Below, one piece after another: positions 23,620 to 38,087 of a stretch of 64,000 bases of DNA; within the stretch, counting starts at the first letter, position 1, and each line of letters begins with the position of its first letter. Origin of the DNA: Octopus vulgaris (taxonomy: Eukaryota); contig OX597824.1 of NCBI GenBank assembly GCA_951406725.2, positions 46,066,001-46,130,000 on the forward strand, in the 5' to 3' direction. The translations under genes and the position numbers were made by a program. The notes under the pieces were generated by a model. That model saw nothing but the letters and a program-made list of their open reading frames with translations, did no database searches and was not told where the DNA came from.

Positions 23620-23955
23620 AAGTGAAATGGCAGAGTGGAAATATTATTAATTACCAGATCAAAGGTTTTGAGTTCAAATTTCCTGCAGTTATTTTATTGG
23701 TAATTTAAATCTATATGCCTAGGTATTCAGAATACATACAAGATCATCTGGTAATGTTAAGATGCATGATCACATATACATCATGTATTTCCTTGATTGC
23801 AAGGTGAGACCAGAGGAATAGTAGAGTGGAAATAGCATTGATTACCAGCTCAAAGATCTTAGGTTCAAATTCCTTGCAGGAATTTTATTAGGAATTTGGA
23901 CATAGCTATCAATACATGCCTAGCAGTGGGGAATATGTACAAGATCATCTAAGAT
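23620..23955 (+). pseudogene. Two tandem degenerate tRNA-Arg-like units (~190-bp period)
   Basis: t(g/a)g(c/t)agagtggaaat...t(a/g)attaccag(a/c)tcaaag...gttcaaatt(t/c)c resembles tRNA-Arg(ACG) TGACTACGGATCAGAAGATTCTAGGTTCGACTCC. Both units share downstream acaagatcatct. Confidence 0.5.
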
Positions 23956-24739
23956 AAACAAAATTTGTCTGGAATAGGACACTAGCCTATCATCAATTAA
24001 CACCATGAAATCAGAGTCAAACATCAGCTATTCAGAGCCTGAGAAAAATATAAGATATTTACATTTGTAATTGTTCTTTGAGTTATGAGAACAAGCAAAT
24101 ACTGTAAAAGAATCTGAGAGTAGGTCACTTAAATCGTGCCATATCAAGAATAAAAGAAATATTATGTCACATAGGGTGAATAAATAAAATACTATTGTTC
24201 TGTATAAGCTCATACCAACCAGGGGGAGGGCAGATTTGTTTTCTTGTTTATGTTCTGTTGTGATAGATAAACTTTGGTACTCTCAGTGTTATTCAACTAT
24301 TTATAGAATAGAATGAAAATATATTAATATCAACAACAACATATTAAATTTAAACAATTTTAGATAATTCACTAAAAGAAATAGAGACAATTTAGGCTGT
24401 GCTTCATTCAGCTTTAAAACCTGAGTTCAAAGATTTTCCCAAACATTAAACATAGTTATTATTAGTACATCAAACAAAATATCTTGCAGTATTTGTTCCA
24501 GCTCTTTTATTTCATTTGTTTTATGTATGTTTCTCCATGGTAGCATGGGTAAGAAGAATATATTACTATTAGGCATTATATGTCTAAATTCTGCCTAGAT
24601 TAGAAACTTTTATTATTATCATTCTTTCCAATTAGTAGGGTTGATTTAATCAACTAATCCCTTTCTCTGAATATCTAGTCCTAAGTCTTTGTTAGAAAAT
24701 ACTCTTCTTCTCATCATCATTATCATCATCATCATTATT

Positions 24740-24962
24740 AAGGCGACAAGCTGACAAAATCGTTAGCACATCACATGAAATGCTTAGTGGTATTTTGTCT
24801 GCAACTACAGTTTGAGTTCAAACTCCACTGGGGTCAACTTTGCCTTTCATCCTTTCAGGGTCAATAATTTAAGTACCAATGAAACACAGGGGTCGATTAA
24901 ATCGACTAGTCCCCTCCCCCAAAATTTCAGGCCATGTGCCTATAGTAGAAACGATTATTATT
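24740..24962 (+). mobile_element. SINE family B
   Basis: aggcgacaagctgacaaaatcgttagc ... gtgcctatagtagaaacg followed by (ATT)n. Confidence 0.85.
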
Positions 24963-26004
24963 ATAGAAATGCATGCCATCAAAGTGACACAAATATACAT
25001 TATGACTACCTATCTGATAAGAGTACACCAGGCACACACAGTATGACCATATGTGTGAGGCATGGCAATCTCATATTGAGATAAACAATACATGACCTTG
25101 CAGGTGGTGCCCAGTTTTCTTCGGGTTGTGTAGTAATATGACTGTATCATATTCCATTGTCTGTTTTGCCATGGCTTATACAGTAGGATGCCTTTCCGAA
25201 CACCAACCACATTACAGTGTGAACTGGGTTCTTTTTTTGTGACACCTGCACTAATGACGTTGCCAGGCAGCTTGCAACACTAAGCTCTCCTTCAACTGAG
25301 TGAGGCTACAATAGAGAGAGGTGGTTGTATGCTAAGAGATGGAAGGCTAAAATATAAAAGGAGTTAGAAGTGAACAGGTTGCTGGCTGCAGAGGAACTGG
25401 ATAGTAGCTCATACTGTAGAAGAGTGAGTGGGGTGGAGTTGGAAAAATAAAATAAAAGTGAAGTGTCAGGGTGGACCCTGAAGACAGTGAATAGATGTGA
25501 ATGGTAACAGAAGAATAGGGAGTGAGGATTGATAGAGGTTGCAAGAGTATATGAGGAAAAAGAAAGCTGGTTAGAAATGGGGAATGGATGAGAGGAGAAA
25601 TATAATAAAGAACAAGGGTTGAGAAGAGATTGCTGATAAACAGATGGGGGAAGGGAGAGAAGCAATTGGGTGGGATTGAGGGGGAGGAGGCAGTGCATAG
25701 TAAGCAGGTGTGGAGGGCTGATACATATAAGATAAGGAACAGTAGGTGATGACAGACAGCATAGAAAAGGGTGAGAAGTAGCAGAATAGTAATAAGATAA
25801 TAGACAAGGGAAGGATGAGAGAGAAAAGAGAGACAGAACAGTGTTGGAGGAGAGTGGGAAATCTATGGTGGTTGAAAAGGAGAGACAATTTGGTAGCACA
25901 GAAGGGTGATCAGTGTAAAATATGAGTGGAGAAGGGCAGTATTAAAAATTAAAGATGAATGACTAGTGAAGTGATTCTGGGAAGTGTAAAAGACATGTAT
26001 AAAG

Positions 26005-26218
26005 TACTGGTGCTGGTGCTATGTAAAAAGCACCCAGTACACTCTGTAAAGTTGTTGGCATAAAAAAGGGCATCCAGCTCTAGAAACAATGCTAAAACAA
26101 ATAGAATCTGGTGCAGCTCTCCTGCTGATCAGCTCGTGTCAAACCATCCAACCCATGCCAGCATGGAAAAGGGATGTTAAATGATAATGATAATGATGAT
26201 GATGATGATGATGATGAT
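26005..26218 (+). mobile_element. RTE-tail-type short element, family C (also 28355-28530, 34700-34960, 50690-50885 plus; 25140-25300, 52575-52780, 55500-55685 minus)
   Basis: aaaagcacccagtacactctgtaaag...gggcatccagc...ccaacccatgccagcatggaaa...(GAT)n, the same 3' end as the RTE at 1026. Confidence 0.8.
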
Positions 26219-26269
26219 ACACACACACACACACTCATACATATAGAATTTGTTTTTTGAGTCTCAGTT

Positions 26270-26725
26270 TTGCCATAATGGGCAGGTCTTCTACAGTCAT
26301 CCTATTCCTCTTAGCCCAATTTTTATCTCAATACATTTTTACTTTGGATGTTACATAGCCAAGGAGTATGCTAGCTTCATTTCTTTCTGATCTGCACAAG
26401 CGCTCTGCATTCACAGCCTATGCCTCACCACCATGTAGCACTGCTGTTCATACACAAGCATCATACAATCTGTCATCAACTCTGAGAGAGAAACCTTTTG
26501 TTACCAACAGAAGTAAAAGCTCTCTGAACTTTCTCCAATCTGTTTTCTTTTTTTTTTTTCTAGCAACAATTCTTTCACGTCTTCCTCCACTGTAAGTAAG
26601 AGAAACTATCATCTACTTCTAGCAGTCATTCTGGGTATTTAAGAACGTCTACTTCCCATCTGCTCTTAGTGCTTATTGTTCCTGTGCATTGGTCACATGC
26701 AAATCTATTTTCTCTCTTAATCTGC
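26270..26725 (-). mobile_element. RTE LINE ORF2 fragment
   Basis: Minus frame WRKFRELLLLLVTKGFSLRVDDRLYDACV*TAVLHGGEA. Confidence 0.8.
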
Positions 26726-27639
26726 CTTTGGTACCACTGCATACATACATAAATATATACAGTAGTAGTAGTGGGGGTGGGGTATGCACTGTAATAGCAT
26801 GTTGCTGCATCCACCACTTGTTGGGAGATTCCCTATTCCTGGTGGATGACACCTTTGCGCCACTCAGGTGACAACCCTTCAAACCATGGAACGGTTTGGA
26901 TGTTGTTGCTAGTGAGGAATTTACAAAGTCAGCAGGCAAATCCTACCTCAATTTCTTTTAGCCACATTTTATGACATACAGAAGGGGTATATTTAGTGAC
27001 ATGCTGGTCCCAACACAGCACATATATATATTTGCATATATATATGTATGTGTATGTGTGTGTGTGTATTTGTCTTTCATCTTTTATCATTTATTTGTTT
27101 CAGCCATTAGACTGTAGCCATGCTGGGGCACTGCCTTGAAGAATTTTAATTGAATGAATTTACCCCAGCACTTATATTTTTAAACCTGGTACTTATTCTA
27201 TTGGTTCATGCATATATATATATATGTATCTGTGTATACACACACATACGTGCATATGCATACATACATATGCATATATATAGCTATATATATATATATG
27301 CATACACACACACACATACACACCTATACCCCACCTCACCATCAAAAGGTGATGAGTCAAACAAGTTGTCAGCTATAGAAAATATGTCATCATACCCTTT
27401 GACAGTTTAGTGAACTACTGTATGATTAAAGTTGTTGATACAATTAATCTATAAACACACAAACACACAGTCCACATGATGTCTGCATTTATTATTCTAT
27501 TGTTGCATGGGTTTGGTAGTTATTCAAATCTGTACCAATAAGGGAAGGGTGAGTAAATATATAATTGCCTTCCTTTCCTTCCTTTTGTAAGCTAGTGTTT
27601 CTTAAACATTTTTTTCTTTATTTGTGGTGCCCTCTAGTG

Positions 27640-27891
27640 CAGAGGTTCTCAACAGGGGTCCATATGACCTTTAGGGGTCCACATAAGATTTTGCTGTTAA
27701 AATTTATCTGCAATATATTGGTTATACTTCTACAATACACAAAATATTTTAACAATTTTTTTATACAATTCCTAATATTATTTAATTATAAAAATGTAAT
27801 AAAATTTTTTAAATATTGAATGGCTAGGAGGGTCCATCAGAGTAAAATAGGAATCAAAGGGTCTATAGCTAAAAATGGTTGAGAAATACTG
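27640..27891 (+). mobile_element. hAT (Charlie-like) MITE
   Basis: TIR cagaggttctcaac / gttgagaaatactg; 8-bp flanks ctctagtg / ttctggaa; homologous to 44290 and 53596. Confidence 0.8.
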
Positions 27892-29940
27892 TTCTGGAAA
27901 AAATTTTAATATTTTGGTTCTCTTTGTGCATAATTTCAAAAAAATATTGTTTGGTCAGGTCAACCATAGTTGAGCAGATTTATGATCAAAAGTATTTCCC
28001 CCATGACCATCCTGTTTTTAGAGATATCAGGACTATATTATCTCGTGTACATTTCCCAGCACAACTAGCTACATCCAGCATCAGACCATTTGGAAGCCAC
28101 TGCCTTGATGCATTAGTAATGGAAATGAAATGAAATGGCTACAATCTGGAAAACAAAACTTGGTCACTGGATTAAGCAAGCCAAGAGATAAATTCTACTT
28201 TAAGGTACTCATCTTTCATTAATTTCTTTTGATTAAAAACATCAGGTGGTAGTATATAACTGGTACTTATTTTAGTTGATTTCAGATTGATCTGAAATCC
28301 TAACTAAAACACTACTCAGCCATATAGGCTGACTCAGATTTTTTTTCATACTGATCTACTCTGTAAGGTAGTTGGCATTAGGAAGGGCATCTAGTCAAAA
28401 AAATCACACCAAAACAGACACGGAAACCTGGTACAGTCTTCTGGCTCACCAGTTGCTGTCAAACCATTCAACTCATGCCAGCATGGAAAAGGAAAATGTA
28501 CATTAAATGATGATGATGATGATGATGATGACTGATTCTTTCTGAATAGACAAAAACTCAATTTACTTTTGTTGAGAAGGATATATATATATATATATAT
28601 ATAGTCAATTGAAATGACTGTAGTATTTTCCTGATACCTACTTTAGTGATCCTGAGAAAGTCAGCACTGGTAAGTTATATACACAAAGTCGAACATTTTA
28701 TTATCTGGGCCATCACTCTAATTATTCCACCAAGATGTTTAAAGTAAACGGACTTACAGAATTTACATAACATCAAACATAGTAATGAGTCTAAAGAGTC
28801 AACACCTATAGAGTAAAGAGTTTAACTTTATGAAGAGACAGGTTACTAAGTCAACCACTTTAACTACACAACTACCACTTCTTGGACAAGCAGAAAACAA
28901 AAAAATTGGAAATTAAAGAAAATTACAGGAAGGATTTTATATTCAGTACTAGCTGACTTTCCTTGTCAACAAGTGTTTATTCAGTTTTAGTTTGCTATTG
29001 ACAGGTTGTACACGTTAGTAGTTTACTCTCACAGATTTTCAACAGATTTTATCTTCACTGTTGACTCATCTTAAAATATTTGTACTAATACAGTGGCGGC
29101 GTTAACATTTGATGCTGTAATAAAAACCACTCATCAAGAATAAACACATTAATTTGCATTGACAGATATACTTGTGCTCTAATGTCTGTTCGTACACATA
29201 TTCTTTAATATGTATATGCAGAAACATTGGTAAACGCAAGCAAAGATACAGATGCATATGAACCTGCATAAATATATATGAATACACTTATGCATAAAAA
29301 TGTTTATAAATAAGCATATACAAATACACCCTGAATTATTTAATTTGATTTTGCAATCAGTAGTATACACCTCTGGTTGCTTAATCTCATTGATGTCTTC
29401 AGATTAACAAAGAAAAAGGTCTTGTTGTGTTCATGCTTTCCCTACCAAGATGCAAATGATAAAATACAAATCAAATGGTTCCATGTTATACACTTCCACA
29501 AAAATGTGTATTTACACAACTCATGATAATTTTCTCTCACATGATAACATTTGCTTTTAACAAACACAACTACACACTCTGAAGAAAAACAGGTTAAAAG
29601 ATCTAAAGGCACTCTCATAATAATCACAAAAAAAAAACCCAAAACAAATTAATTTGTAAATAAAAAAATTATTTCGTGCTAAAAAATTTAAATTAATTAA
29701 AAATTTAAGCTTTTATTAAAATAAAAAAATTAAAAGAGGGAGCAAGAGCCTCTCCACTGCCATTAGTAAACATTTTTAAATTATCAAAATTCAGACAGTT
29801 CTGGAGTTATAAAAATGCTTCATTCAGACAGGTTTATGAAGTAATCAAAACGGAAAAGTGTAACTTGTGCTGAAATTCTGCAGCCCCTTCTCTTTGTGAA
29901 AATGTTAAAGCTGGAGGCTATCAGGTCTCCAGAATATATC

Positions 29941-30155
29941 CTTTTCTACTCTAGGCACAAGGCCCGAAATTTTTGGGGAGGAGGCCAGTCAATTAGATCA
30001 ACCCCAGTATGCAACAGGTACTTAATTTATCAACCCTGAAAGGATGAAAGGTAAAGTTGACCTCAGCGGAATTTGAACTCAGATCATAAAGACAGACGAA
30101 ATACTGCTAAGCATTTCATCTAGCATGCTAACATTTCTGCCAACTCGCTGCCTTG
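29941..30155 (-). mobile_element. SINE family B with TSD
   Basis: 12-bp TSD ccagaatatatc at 29929-29940 and 30160-30171. Confidence 0.9.
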
Positions 30156-33100
30156 ATCCCCAGAATATATCAAAGGTTGTTAACCCTCAGTATGTCATAT
30201 GATCTCCATGATATCATGTAACTGATTGCATATATATTTATATTCCATCTGGTTAGGATTTCGGTAAAGACTTGATAGTAACCACATCATGAAAAAATAC
30301 AAAGTTAAAACACATTGTATTGTATTTATCAGTGCATAGATCACATCACAGTACACCATGTCTTACATTGTTCATGAATATTCTTCACAACAAACATTTT
30401 GATATATATTGTTAAAGGAAAACAAAACAAAATTGTCTAGTCTTTTATATTAGTATTTAAGATAAATTATGAGCTAATGTGTTTGATTGCAGATACTATG
30501 ACAAAAATTTTAAGGAGGATTATTTGGCAGTGCAATGAACCTGAAAAAGTAAAATCAGTAAGAAGGCATCTGGAAAGCTATGTAATATGAGAAGGCCCTG
30601 TCACCCAATACAATAATAGAAAATGTTGTTAGAGAATAACAACAAACCTTTAAATCTATGAGGAGAAGCATAGGAGCAATGGTAATGAGATATATGCAAT
30701 CAGTTTGAAATATGATTCTTTTATTGATATTGAGACAATATGTGGTACAAATGCCTTACAGGACACCTGTGTTGTGAGTTTTGTGTTTATATCCTTGTAG
30801 GGTTTTCTCTTTAAGCAAGAAATGTAACTATGTTTGCCCAAAAAAGGAATGACTTATTTAAAAAAATCAATATTGATTTTTTATAAGCACTAGAATGGAA
30901 TAGGAACTTGTGGTATCTATGCCATTCCTTAGGATATTAGTGATTTAAATGAAAATGTAGCTAATGTGGTGAATCTAAACTGTGTCATGAACTTGACCTG
31001 CCACAAGTCCACTTCTTATTCTGCTAAAGAAATCAATGCTAATAATATAACTTTTAAAACTCTATTTGCATTATAAGGTGCATGCTTAATTAAGTAATCA
31101 ATATTGTCAATATGATTTTTGTCCTATTCTTAGAAACATCATAAAAAGAAAAAAACTGTAAAGGAATTAAATAATTTAAACAAGGAGAATACTCATTCAG
31201 GCAAACTGTTCCAGTAACAAAAAGTCAGGTTTTAAAAAAAGTTTAAAAAAGAAAAGACAGTACACACAAATAATTATGTGAAATTGGTATTCTTCCTAAA
31301 ACAGTGCTAGTAAAAATAAATTTGATTACATATCTCAACTTCAGAGTCAAGTTATTCCAATAATTAAACTTTTCTGTATCATTAATCATATCAACAGAGT
31401 TTCTGTTTATGCAACATTTCAATGAATTTAATCTACAATTGTTATCATGCATCATATTGCTGATAATGTACATTGTTCCAGGTTGATTTGAATTTGGAAT
31501 CTGTATTAACATCTCTAAAGAATTCTTGGTGTGTTTGAAGGATAATGAAGAAGAGTTTTACAATAATGGCAGATATATCTTGAACTAAAATCAGTGCTGA
31601 TTTTTCTGATTTTTCCATGAGCTACATGGACTGCCTTCTGAGTTTCCACTGTAATTCTTTATCTATAAGGGAAATTTCCTTTCATAATGTCATATGATCT
31701 CCCTTTTGGCACCATTCCTTATTTTGGTGTTTCCTTTTTCATTAAAGCTTTTCAAAGTATCAAAATGAAGGAATGTCTGAATATATAGGATGTGGAAAAG
31801 AAAACCACACATCATTATGGTAAGAAATTTCAATTACAGATAGGGAACCACATTGGAAATTTGGAAAAAAATCAAAGATATAATACACATAGCTCTTACA
31901 GATAACTCAACATGGATGCCATCACAGAAAAAATAATAATTCTACATACACCAATGATTTACCAGGTTTAACAAATGCTTCTTGGGTCAGTTATTCATAT
32001 TAGGATGTTAATACTATTTTTAAAAAAAAGTATACAGGTTCTAGCTCAGATCCCACTTGGGACAATCTTTTTTATCATAATTGTCTATAAAACTGATTGA
32101 AATGCATTTGTGAAAGCAAGAATGTAGATAATAGTCTGAAAAGGTTTAATTACAGATTAATTTTATTTAATTATTTCCCTTCTATACAGTTTCATGAAAT
32201 AAATATTGTAAATAATCGTTATTGCAAATATTACTTTGAAATAATGATGGAAAGGACAAAGTTAGATTGTGACTGAAATGGATGAGTTCAATAGATATCA
32301 TTATTACTAGACATTGTCCCAATTGAGAATCAGCAGGAAAATGGCTCCATATATTTTCGTCAATGGAACCTAAAAGAGCAGAAATTCTGAAACAAAACTG
32401 ATATGGTGTGAAAAAATCTATTATTAAGCTAAAATAACTTTTGAAGCAATGGTGCCATGACTGACACTCTCAGTCCACTCTTTCATTAAATGTTTATCTA
32501 ATCATTAAAACAAAAGCTGTCAAAAGTTTTAGAAATAAACCAAAATTCAAAGAACATGTATTGCTTGAATATTTAGAAATAACTCTTTGGATATAGCTAT
32601 ATTTCATTTTTAAAATTCACTTCAACAATTTTGGTACAATATATTTTGTAATATTTGCATAGGAAATATCTTGGAAAAATCTCTTATGCTTTATGATAGA
32701 TATTAATAGATAGAAATAATAACTATATATATGAAGTACTGAGCCAAAAAGCATTTGTTAAACGTGGTATAATAAGGATTCCACTCTGACCCCAACCACC
32801 ACAGTCTCCTCCATTTTTTCCATCACATGAAAACACATACACTGAAACAATAAGGGATATTTTAGTCTCTTCATCCCTTAATGTCACAGCCAAATTTCCT
32901 GCCAACTTTAAATATAAAGCTTCTATTTTCCTTTTCTTCTAAATGTTGAGAAGTCACACCCTACAATAACTATAGGATGGGTATGACTGATCAACCAATG
33001 AATTTGAACTCAGACCCAAACTGGATACAAAAGACATCTTATCTTTGCATGTCCTGGTTGCAGGATTCCTTAATTATTCACAGGCACATAGTCCAGTATG

Positions 33101-34304
33101 AACTATACTATAAAAATTTGCTCATATGAGTTGACCAGGGCTGCACATGGCAATCCTTAATAGTCTCATGATACTTACATTAGGAGTTAAGGTCATAACA
33201 TTATTCTCTCTTTTAAACAAGAAATTCACACAACAAATTTTAAATAAAGCCATGAATATTCTACTTTCGCTAAGATCTAAATGTAAGTACAAGATCCCCC
33301 TCTCCTCTTCTCTCAAACTATACTCCAGAACAATTACTAGTTTATTGACCTTGATGGGAGAAAAGATCACACTGACATCTAAAATATTTCCAACTAAAAA
33401 TGAAAAAGTATTACACTAGAAAAACACCCTTAACTCTCTCTTTTGCTTTCATCCTCTCTCTCACATACACATACACAAACATACACACACACAATTTACA
33501 GGTAATTCCATATTTTTACTGTTTCCTTTTAAATTTTCTTAATGAGGGATTTATGTCAGTACTAGAACATGGAAGCTTCTACTCCAATTTTGCTAATTGC
33601 TGTACAGTATAAGCTTTGTTTCAAGTGGGGCAAATTCATGTTAAGAGTTCATTTCCAAGCTGTTGCCATTTTACTTCACTTATGTTAGCAAATGGCAATG
33701 GGAAAAGTATGCATGCCACAACTTCCATTCACCTCCAAAAATAGCACATTTCAGCCTTATTAAAACAAAACATTTTATTTATCTTAAACAAAAATGACAA
33801 ATGAAGTTAATTAGTTTTCTTTTCCTAGTGGACAATATCTATTGTTGGTTGATTAATCTGACTGACATACAGGAGTGTGCAACTTTTAGACATGATACCC
33901 AATAGAAATTTTCTATTGAAGACTTCAATCCAACATTAAAATCTTATGAAACCCCTATTAGTTATAGTATACCTTACCAGTGACAACTCTCAGTGCAGTG
34001 CCAGTGATGGGTAAATATTAAAACCCTTCAGTCAGTAGACTCTTAACACTTTCATGGAGCTAGTTTATGGTTTTATTTTATTATTAATCCTTTGGTATTC
34101 ACATTATTCTGTCAAATGTAATGCTTATTTATTCACATTGTTTTGAATTAATCAGGCATTATCTTCACCTTTGAGATTTTGATGATGTGATTATTTATTT
34201 TTAGAATGACATTGTAGGGTATGTGTGAAAGGCCAATTCTGGCCAGTTTGAACATAAAAAAAAGGAAGATCATGTTGGCCAGATATGGCCAATTTAAATG
34301 CTAT

Positions 34305-34500
34305 AAGGCAGTGAGCTGACAGAATTGTTAACATGCCAAACAAAATGCTTAGCAGTATTTCTTCTGACTTATGTTCTGAGTTCCAATTCTGCTGAGATTG
34401 ACTTTGCTATACATCCTTTTGAAGTTGATCAAATAGGTACCTGTCAGGCACAGGCCAATGTAATTCATGAGGTCCCTTCCTCAAAATCTCAGGCCTAGTG
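34305..34500 (+). mobile_element. SINE family B (similar plus-strand copies at 46245-46460 and 57770-57940)
   Basis: aggcagtgagctgacagaattgttaac...ttctgagttccaattctgctgagattgactttgc. Confidence 0.75.
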
Positions 34501-35104
34501 CCTGTGGAGGGAACATGTGGAAGGGATAGACACAGGAAGACGTTGGTTGAAATAGTGGGAAAGGATCTTCAGATGTTGGGCTTTGCAGAGGGAATGACAA
34601 GCCACTGAGACTCCTGGTGGTTTGCTGTGCTTGAGGAAACACACCAAGCTAAATAAAAATGTAATTGTCCTTGCACCGACACATGTCCTCTGCATCCCTC
34701 TTCAGCTGAGTGTTCCTAATCTTGTGGACTTGTGGGTGCCAGTGCCATGTAAAAAGTACCTGTACTGGTGGCATGTAAAAGTACCAGTGTCAGTGCTGCA
34801 TAAAAGCACCCAGTATACTCTATAAAGTGGTTGGCGTTAGGAAACCATACCAAAACAGACATGGGGACCAGACAGCTGGCCAATTCCTGTCAAACTGTCC
34901 AACCCATACCAGCATGGAAAACAAATGCTAAATGATGATGATGAAGATAATGATGATGATTATTAAACTCTGTGAACTGGATTCACTTGTGCTATAATTC
35001 TGGTAAAATGGCAAAAACATCAGTTAATTCTTGTCATACACTCTTTAAACTGCTCAGCTGTCTCAGTCAATGAAACTAGTGTAAAAAAATTTAAGAAATC
35101 CTTT

Positions 35105-35480
35105 TTTTCTTTTATCTGTTTCAGTCATTAGACTATAGCCATGTTGGGGTATCGCCTTGAATTTTTTAGTGGAACGAATCAAAACCAGCACTTATTTTTT
35201 TAAAGCCTAGTATCTATTCTATTGGTCTCTTTTGCTGAACCACTAAGTTATGGAGAAGTAAACACACCAACACCAATTATCAAGCAGTGATGGAGGACAA
35301 ACACACACACATATATATATATATATATAAACAGTAGTACAGTAGGCTTCTTTCAATTTCTATCTACTAAATCCACTCACAAGGTTTTGGTCAACCCGAG
35401 GCTATAGTAGATGACACTTGCTCAAGGTGTCACACAGTGTGACTGAACCTGGAACCATGTTGTTGGTAAGCAAGCTTCTT
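35105..35480 (-). mobile_element. SINE family A
   Basis: Reverse-complement match to 145-563. Confidence 0.85.
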
Positions 35481-37614
35481 TATTTCATTATATTGGCTAT
35501 GAAAGCCATACACAGATGAAGAAGCTACAGCCTGGACAAAGACATTAATGAGATGAGATGAATGATAAACAGGATGATATTAATGAGAGAAGGCTAAAGA
35601 CGCCCACTGATCTTTGCGTCTCTAAAACATTGTTCTTTTGTAAGCATACAATTTGAGACAATAAACCTCTTACCAATATTTCATTTGGACTCAAGGTCTT
35701 TACAATGAGGTACTAAGCCTCTTACCTTTTTTCCAAACAGGAACTTTCATACCCGACTAGGCCCCTTGCCTCATTCAAGCATCTGGATGGTGCCAAGTCA
35801 GGCCACTTCAACATAAACCTAAATATACCCTTGGGGAAGGAGTTCATTATCCTGCACAAGTCAGTTTCTCATATGACCTCCGCAGCCACCTGCATAGGCC
35901 AATCAGGGTCCTCAGTGCAGGATAGAATCTCTTCCCTCCAGCCTTTTTTTAAAAAACTTTTTCACAAAGTTTTCTAAAGTCCCTCCCTTATGGAAGAGGA
36001 TTACAAATTCTTCATCTGGCGGATAGGAAGGGGCCACAGTTTCCACAGTCAGTGGCACAATTCCCACTGATGGGATTTCGAAACATGCCGGCGGTGTATT
36101 ATGAACCGCTAGCAATGTGTTATGAACACACCTGAACTTATACTCACAAGAAAAAGAAAAGACAAAAAACATACCTAAGGATGCTGAAAATTCTAATGAA
36201 TAGGCACAGTTTTAGCACTGTAAGCCATGTTAACACTTTAAAATTGATGTTTTGCTTAACTGTATTAGTGTATCAGATTCTCTTATAAGCATAGTGTAGA
36301 GAGGAGGAGGATGAGAGACAGCTGCCAATGTCCTATAAAAAGATGAAGAGGATGAAAGAGAATGTTTCACTGACAACCCAATGAGTTATGGAGTGTAGTC
36401 ATGTCCTTTATACACTTTATATTTTTAGATGGGGAGATCAAACTGGATATTGGGAAGTAGGATGGCAGGTCAAACATTTAGTAGAAGTTATTTTCTTGAC
36501 TCTATATTTCTCAATGGTTCAATTAATGTATTGTTTTATCCTACATTAATGCAATGATTTTTCCTTTTTAGTTCTTAAAAGAATAACAAGGGTTGACTAT
36601 CACAGTTCCAAAGTCATTAAACTCTAGCAGCTGCGTATACATCAATTTGCTTACATTTGATTTCACACAACAGGAGTTTTACTACTAAATAAATACATTA
36701 GAATTAATGAAAAACTAAAACACTGTGATCTTCTGTGAACCAGCAGCCTAAGAGCTACATTCCAAGGAAATATCAAACATAACAACATTAAATGCTAACA
36801 CAGTTATTCATCCACTACCACCACCACCATTAGAAAAAGGAAAAAAACTGAGTCAATTCTCATAATATATGAGGTCAACAAAATCAGAAAAAAACACACT
36901 TCTTTAACAATGACTCATTGTAAGCAACTCTTCAGGAAAATTAGACAAACCTTCAATTAAAAATAGAATTTTAAAAAAATAGATACCAATATTCCATTTA
37001 TTATGTTACATATATTCAGTAAGATATCATCTTTGCAATCAAAGCAGCAGAAAGATTAATGTAATGAACAAGAAAATCTATTCCTCCATATAAACAGTTA
37101 TAACTTACAGAACTTTTAGCAATGTTTTTTGTATTTTGTTAATTCATAATATTTATATTGATTGCTAATAGAACTTGTTAACACAAATATTATTTAATTA
37201 CCCATATCATATTGGAATCCATCGATGTATTGTACAGTTTTATGCCTTCTGTCCATCCATTTCAAGTTTGTGTCATCTCATTTGGGAGGGCCAACATTCT
37301 TAATATCTAACCTCATTATGTATTTCTTGGTTTATCTCAAATCAAGAGTATTGCTCATTATCACTACCCAACCCTCTTTGACTCAGCACATATTTCATAT
37401 TTCAATAGCAGTATGATGGACACTTCTGTACATGTCACTTAATTTATTGATGAGAGATTAATTAGAAAGACATAATGCTTTCAGCTTGACAGCTAATTCA
37501 GGCCAGTAATTTTAAGAAATGATTATGGCATGCTTTCTATGATTTTGTTAAAATCATAGAAAACAACAGCAGTAGTAGCAGCAGTAACAACAACAACAAC
37601 TAAATCAGATTAAT

Positions 37615-37821
37615 AATTTCAAGGCCAGAATTTTGAATGGAGGAGAAGTTGATTACATCAGCTTCAATACTCGACTGGTACTTCATTTTATTGAGCCCAA
37701 AAGGATGAACGACAATGCTAACATCAGTCGTATTTGAACTGAGAATGTAAAAAGCTGGAAGAAATGTCATGAAACGTTTTGTCCAACACACTACTAATTC
37801 TGCCAGCCTGCCATCTTGGTG

Positions 37822-37869
<48 letters not shown>

Positions 37870-38024
37870 TTAATAATAATAATAATTATTATTATTATTA
37901 TCTTGATATGAGATCACCATGTCGCACACATTTGGTTGTGATGCATGTGCCTGGGGTACTCTTATCAGACGGGTAGTCATGATGGGTATACTGGGTTTCG
38001 ATGGCATGTACTGCTCTCTCACTC

Positions 38025-38087
<63 letters not shown>

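Noticed and set aside
24365-24430. Faint similarity to the 62092 hammerhead-like family (actaaaagaaatag...taaaacctgagttc)
   Set aside because: Both core boxes and the stems are too degenerate to support.
25306-25990. 197-aa minus-strand ORF, the longest in the track
   Set aside because: Arises from a purine-rich low-complexity tract whose complement lacks stops; L/S/P/F-biased with no domain.
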